Position numbers and translations under genes: made by a program
The notes under the pieces: model-generated
Database searches by the model: none
What the model was told of the DNA's origin: nothing
Seen by the model: the letters and a program-made list of their open reading frames with translations, nothing else
In this document: one piece after another, positions 62,135 to 64,000 of the stretch
How positions within the stretch are numbered: the stretch's first letter is position 1
Layout of the letters: each line of letters starts with the position of its first letter
NCBI GenBank assembly: GCA_024679065.1
Contig: JAGIQG010000011.1
Span: 39,494,001-39,558,000, forward strand
DNA: 64,000 nucleotides
Origin: Sphyrna mokarran
Lineage: Eukaryota
Direction: 5' to 3'

Positions 62135-62386
62135 AGCTGCAACTTATTATCTAGACTTACTCAGGAAGAATGAGTAGATAGGTGTCTTAGATAGTTACTG
62201 TTGTTCATGGAATTGCATGGAACATTATCCAGCAGTCTTAAGGAGAAGTTTTTTTTTGCCAACTTTGGTGCTTATTAATTCACTGAAAGAGAATCAGCAC
62301 GGTTGACATTCAGATTTCTAAAATGCATTTTGTTCCTTTGTGTAACCAAAAGAAAAGTGTGTAACATTAAAAATGCTTTTTTAAAG

Positions 62387-62449
62387 TTCCTGAGGCTCCC
62401 AAGAGAACTGAACACATTTATGTTGAAGAGGAAATTCATGTAAAAGAAG
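62387..62449 (+). CDS. ttn: PEVK exon
   Basis: tttaaag| acceptor, 63 nt; VPEAPKRTEHIYVEEEIHVKE. Confidence 0.85.
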
Positions 62450-63439
62450 GTACAAAGATGAATAGTGTTGTGCCTTTTTAATGTGCACTTTTAGTGTTTT
62501 TATTATTTTAGTTTGATGATTTATTTTCTTTTACTAGTCTCTCTCTTGTTGTTCTTTTTCTTTTACAATACTAATGATGTACTTTGCCATCTTTTCGTTT
62601 CTTAATTTTTGCTTAGCTATTGCATTAGCTAAGTCTCTTTGAGTGTGTGCGTTTGTGGTGGTCCCCATATTTTAAAAAATAATTTGTTTAACAGTGGAAA
62701 TCTAAATGTGGTCAATTACCTAGTACTTCATTGCCATGTAATTTGTGTAACAAAAAACCCAAGAAAATCCACCATAGTTATTTGACAGAAAACTGAACTT
62801 AAAATAATTTAAAATCTCAATATTTTCAATAATGAAACTAATTAGTCTGAGACCTTATTAAATGGTTAGCATGTGAATTGTGAAACTCAATCCATGTTCT
62901 TCAACTTTCTATTTCGTTAAGTATGATAAGCCTTTGCTGCAATCTGCATTTCCTTTGAATGTCTTTTGTTAGTCATGCTCTCAGATCATGGTTAAGCCTT
63001 TTCAATGTGTTAGTTTTTCTTCTATTTTCTTTGAACATTTTCTTGTGTCTTTTTCTGTACACATTATCAAAAATGAAGCTGAACTAGAAAAATATGGAAA
63101 CATTAATAGTACAAAGGTAGTTTGTAAAATATTAAATACATTTCATTGCAAATTATACATCAAGCACAGAAAAAACTTTTTATGAGACTCTGCTTATTAT
63201 TTAACACATGATTTTAAATTCTGAAAACATGAAGGAACCATTTGGAATTAGTAAGAATATAGTAAAGGTAACGATTTGATAGTTTTCTTGCTGTCTGACC
63301 AATATCCATCTGAAGTGCATTTTTCTGCAAAATATAGGATGTGAGAGCACAAAATATTTGTTAATATAGTTTGTTATATGTGTATAAATATATCTTCTGT
63401 TAAGTGGTGTGATCTGCAATAATAATAATTTCTTTAAAG

Positions 63440-63529
63440 TGCCTGGACTTGCTGAAATATCTGAAAAAGTACCTGAACAAGCTTTTCCCCCTCGGACTCC
63501 TACTGTACAGGAGACAATACTACACAAAG
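63440..63529 (+). CDS. ttn: PEVK exon
   Basis: tttaaag| acceptor, 90 nt; VPGLAEISEKVPEQAFPPRTPTVQETILHK. Confidence 0.85.
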
Positions 63530-64000
63530 GTATAAAGAGCTTGTGCTGTGTTTACAACAAAGCAGCTGTTTGTGATCTTGTTAGTTTTCCATTATGTTTT
63601 CTCACAACAAAGACCAGCTTCTTGTATTTACTTTTGCTCATTTATTTACATACCGCCATTTTGAGACTTGGTGTGGTTTACCAAAGCAGATCTTGTTCTT
63701 TTTAATTGCTACTACTTGTGTAGGCTCCTATTACTGATCATTTTTGATGTTTTGTGCTAAGTGTTTAATATTGTCAACTCTGTGTTTATTTATGCTTTGT
63801 TGAACTAATTTAAAATTGTGTGTCTTTTAAAAATTGTACATGTGCAAGAAAGTTTGGATTTGCACTCAATTGAGACTAATAACTTTTACATGACATAAAA
63901 TGCCACAAAAATATAACTTCAATAATTTGGATTACTAACTCTTCCGTAAGCATTCTAGGGCAAATTGAACCAGTTGGTATAGCAAAATGATTGAAGACTG

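Larger units (their letters stand above)
1..64000 (+). other. ttn: Internal segment of the titin/connectin gene (I-band: N2B, middle tandem-Ig, N2A, start of PEVK); the gene extends beyond both window ends
   Basis: Dozens of I-set Ig exons plus diagnostic N2A sequence ([47 protein letters not shown]) and N2B/I26/I27 motifs in the vertebrate order. Confidence 0.98.

Noticed and set aside
63061-63120. Purine-rich stretch ending AAAG|gtag after a pyrimidine tract, a possible extra PEVK exon
   Set aside because: Available AG acceptors give 38 or 29 nt, which do not preserve the phase 1-1 frame
1-64000. CRISPR array, operon or Dscam-like mutually exclusive Ig cassette system
   Set aside because: The periodicity is fully explained by titin tandem Ig super-repeats in a spliced vertebrate gene, and the exons are in-frame additive; I saw no repeat-spacer array or docking/selector elements

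Overview
This is eukaryotic genomic DNA: 64 kb from inside the titin (connectin, ttn) gene on the + strand. The intronic HE1/V-SINE-like and CR1-like repeats point to a shark or other elasmobranch. The window covers most of the I-band region: the 3' part of the cardiac N2B exon (unique sequence plus the I26-like Ig), the I27 exon, an I28-I29 double-Ig exon, 60 single-Ig exons that are all phase 1-1, the N2A element (I80, UN2A, I81-I83) and the first five short PEVK-region exons. I read exon boundaries by eye from AG/GT sites and found no stop or frameshift in any exon. I see no new multi-gene system. The notable points are: (i) eight 6-Ig plus one 10-Ig super-repeats, against three plus three in human; (ii) a relatively recent 12-exon tandem duplication with a chimeric breakpoint exon; (iii) Ig domains in that block that have lost invariant core residues (Trp to Cys); (iv) position-specific weak splice sites and UCUU clusters at super-repeat junctions; (v) an intron read-through that mimics the missing end of I83; (vi) a duplicated intronic element near N2B. 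Human domain numbering and comparisons come from recalled sequence, not from an alignment run here.
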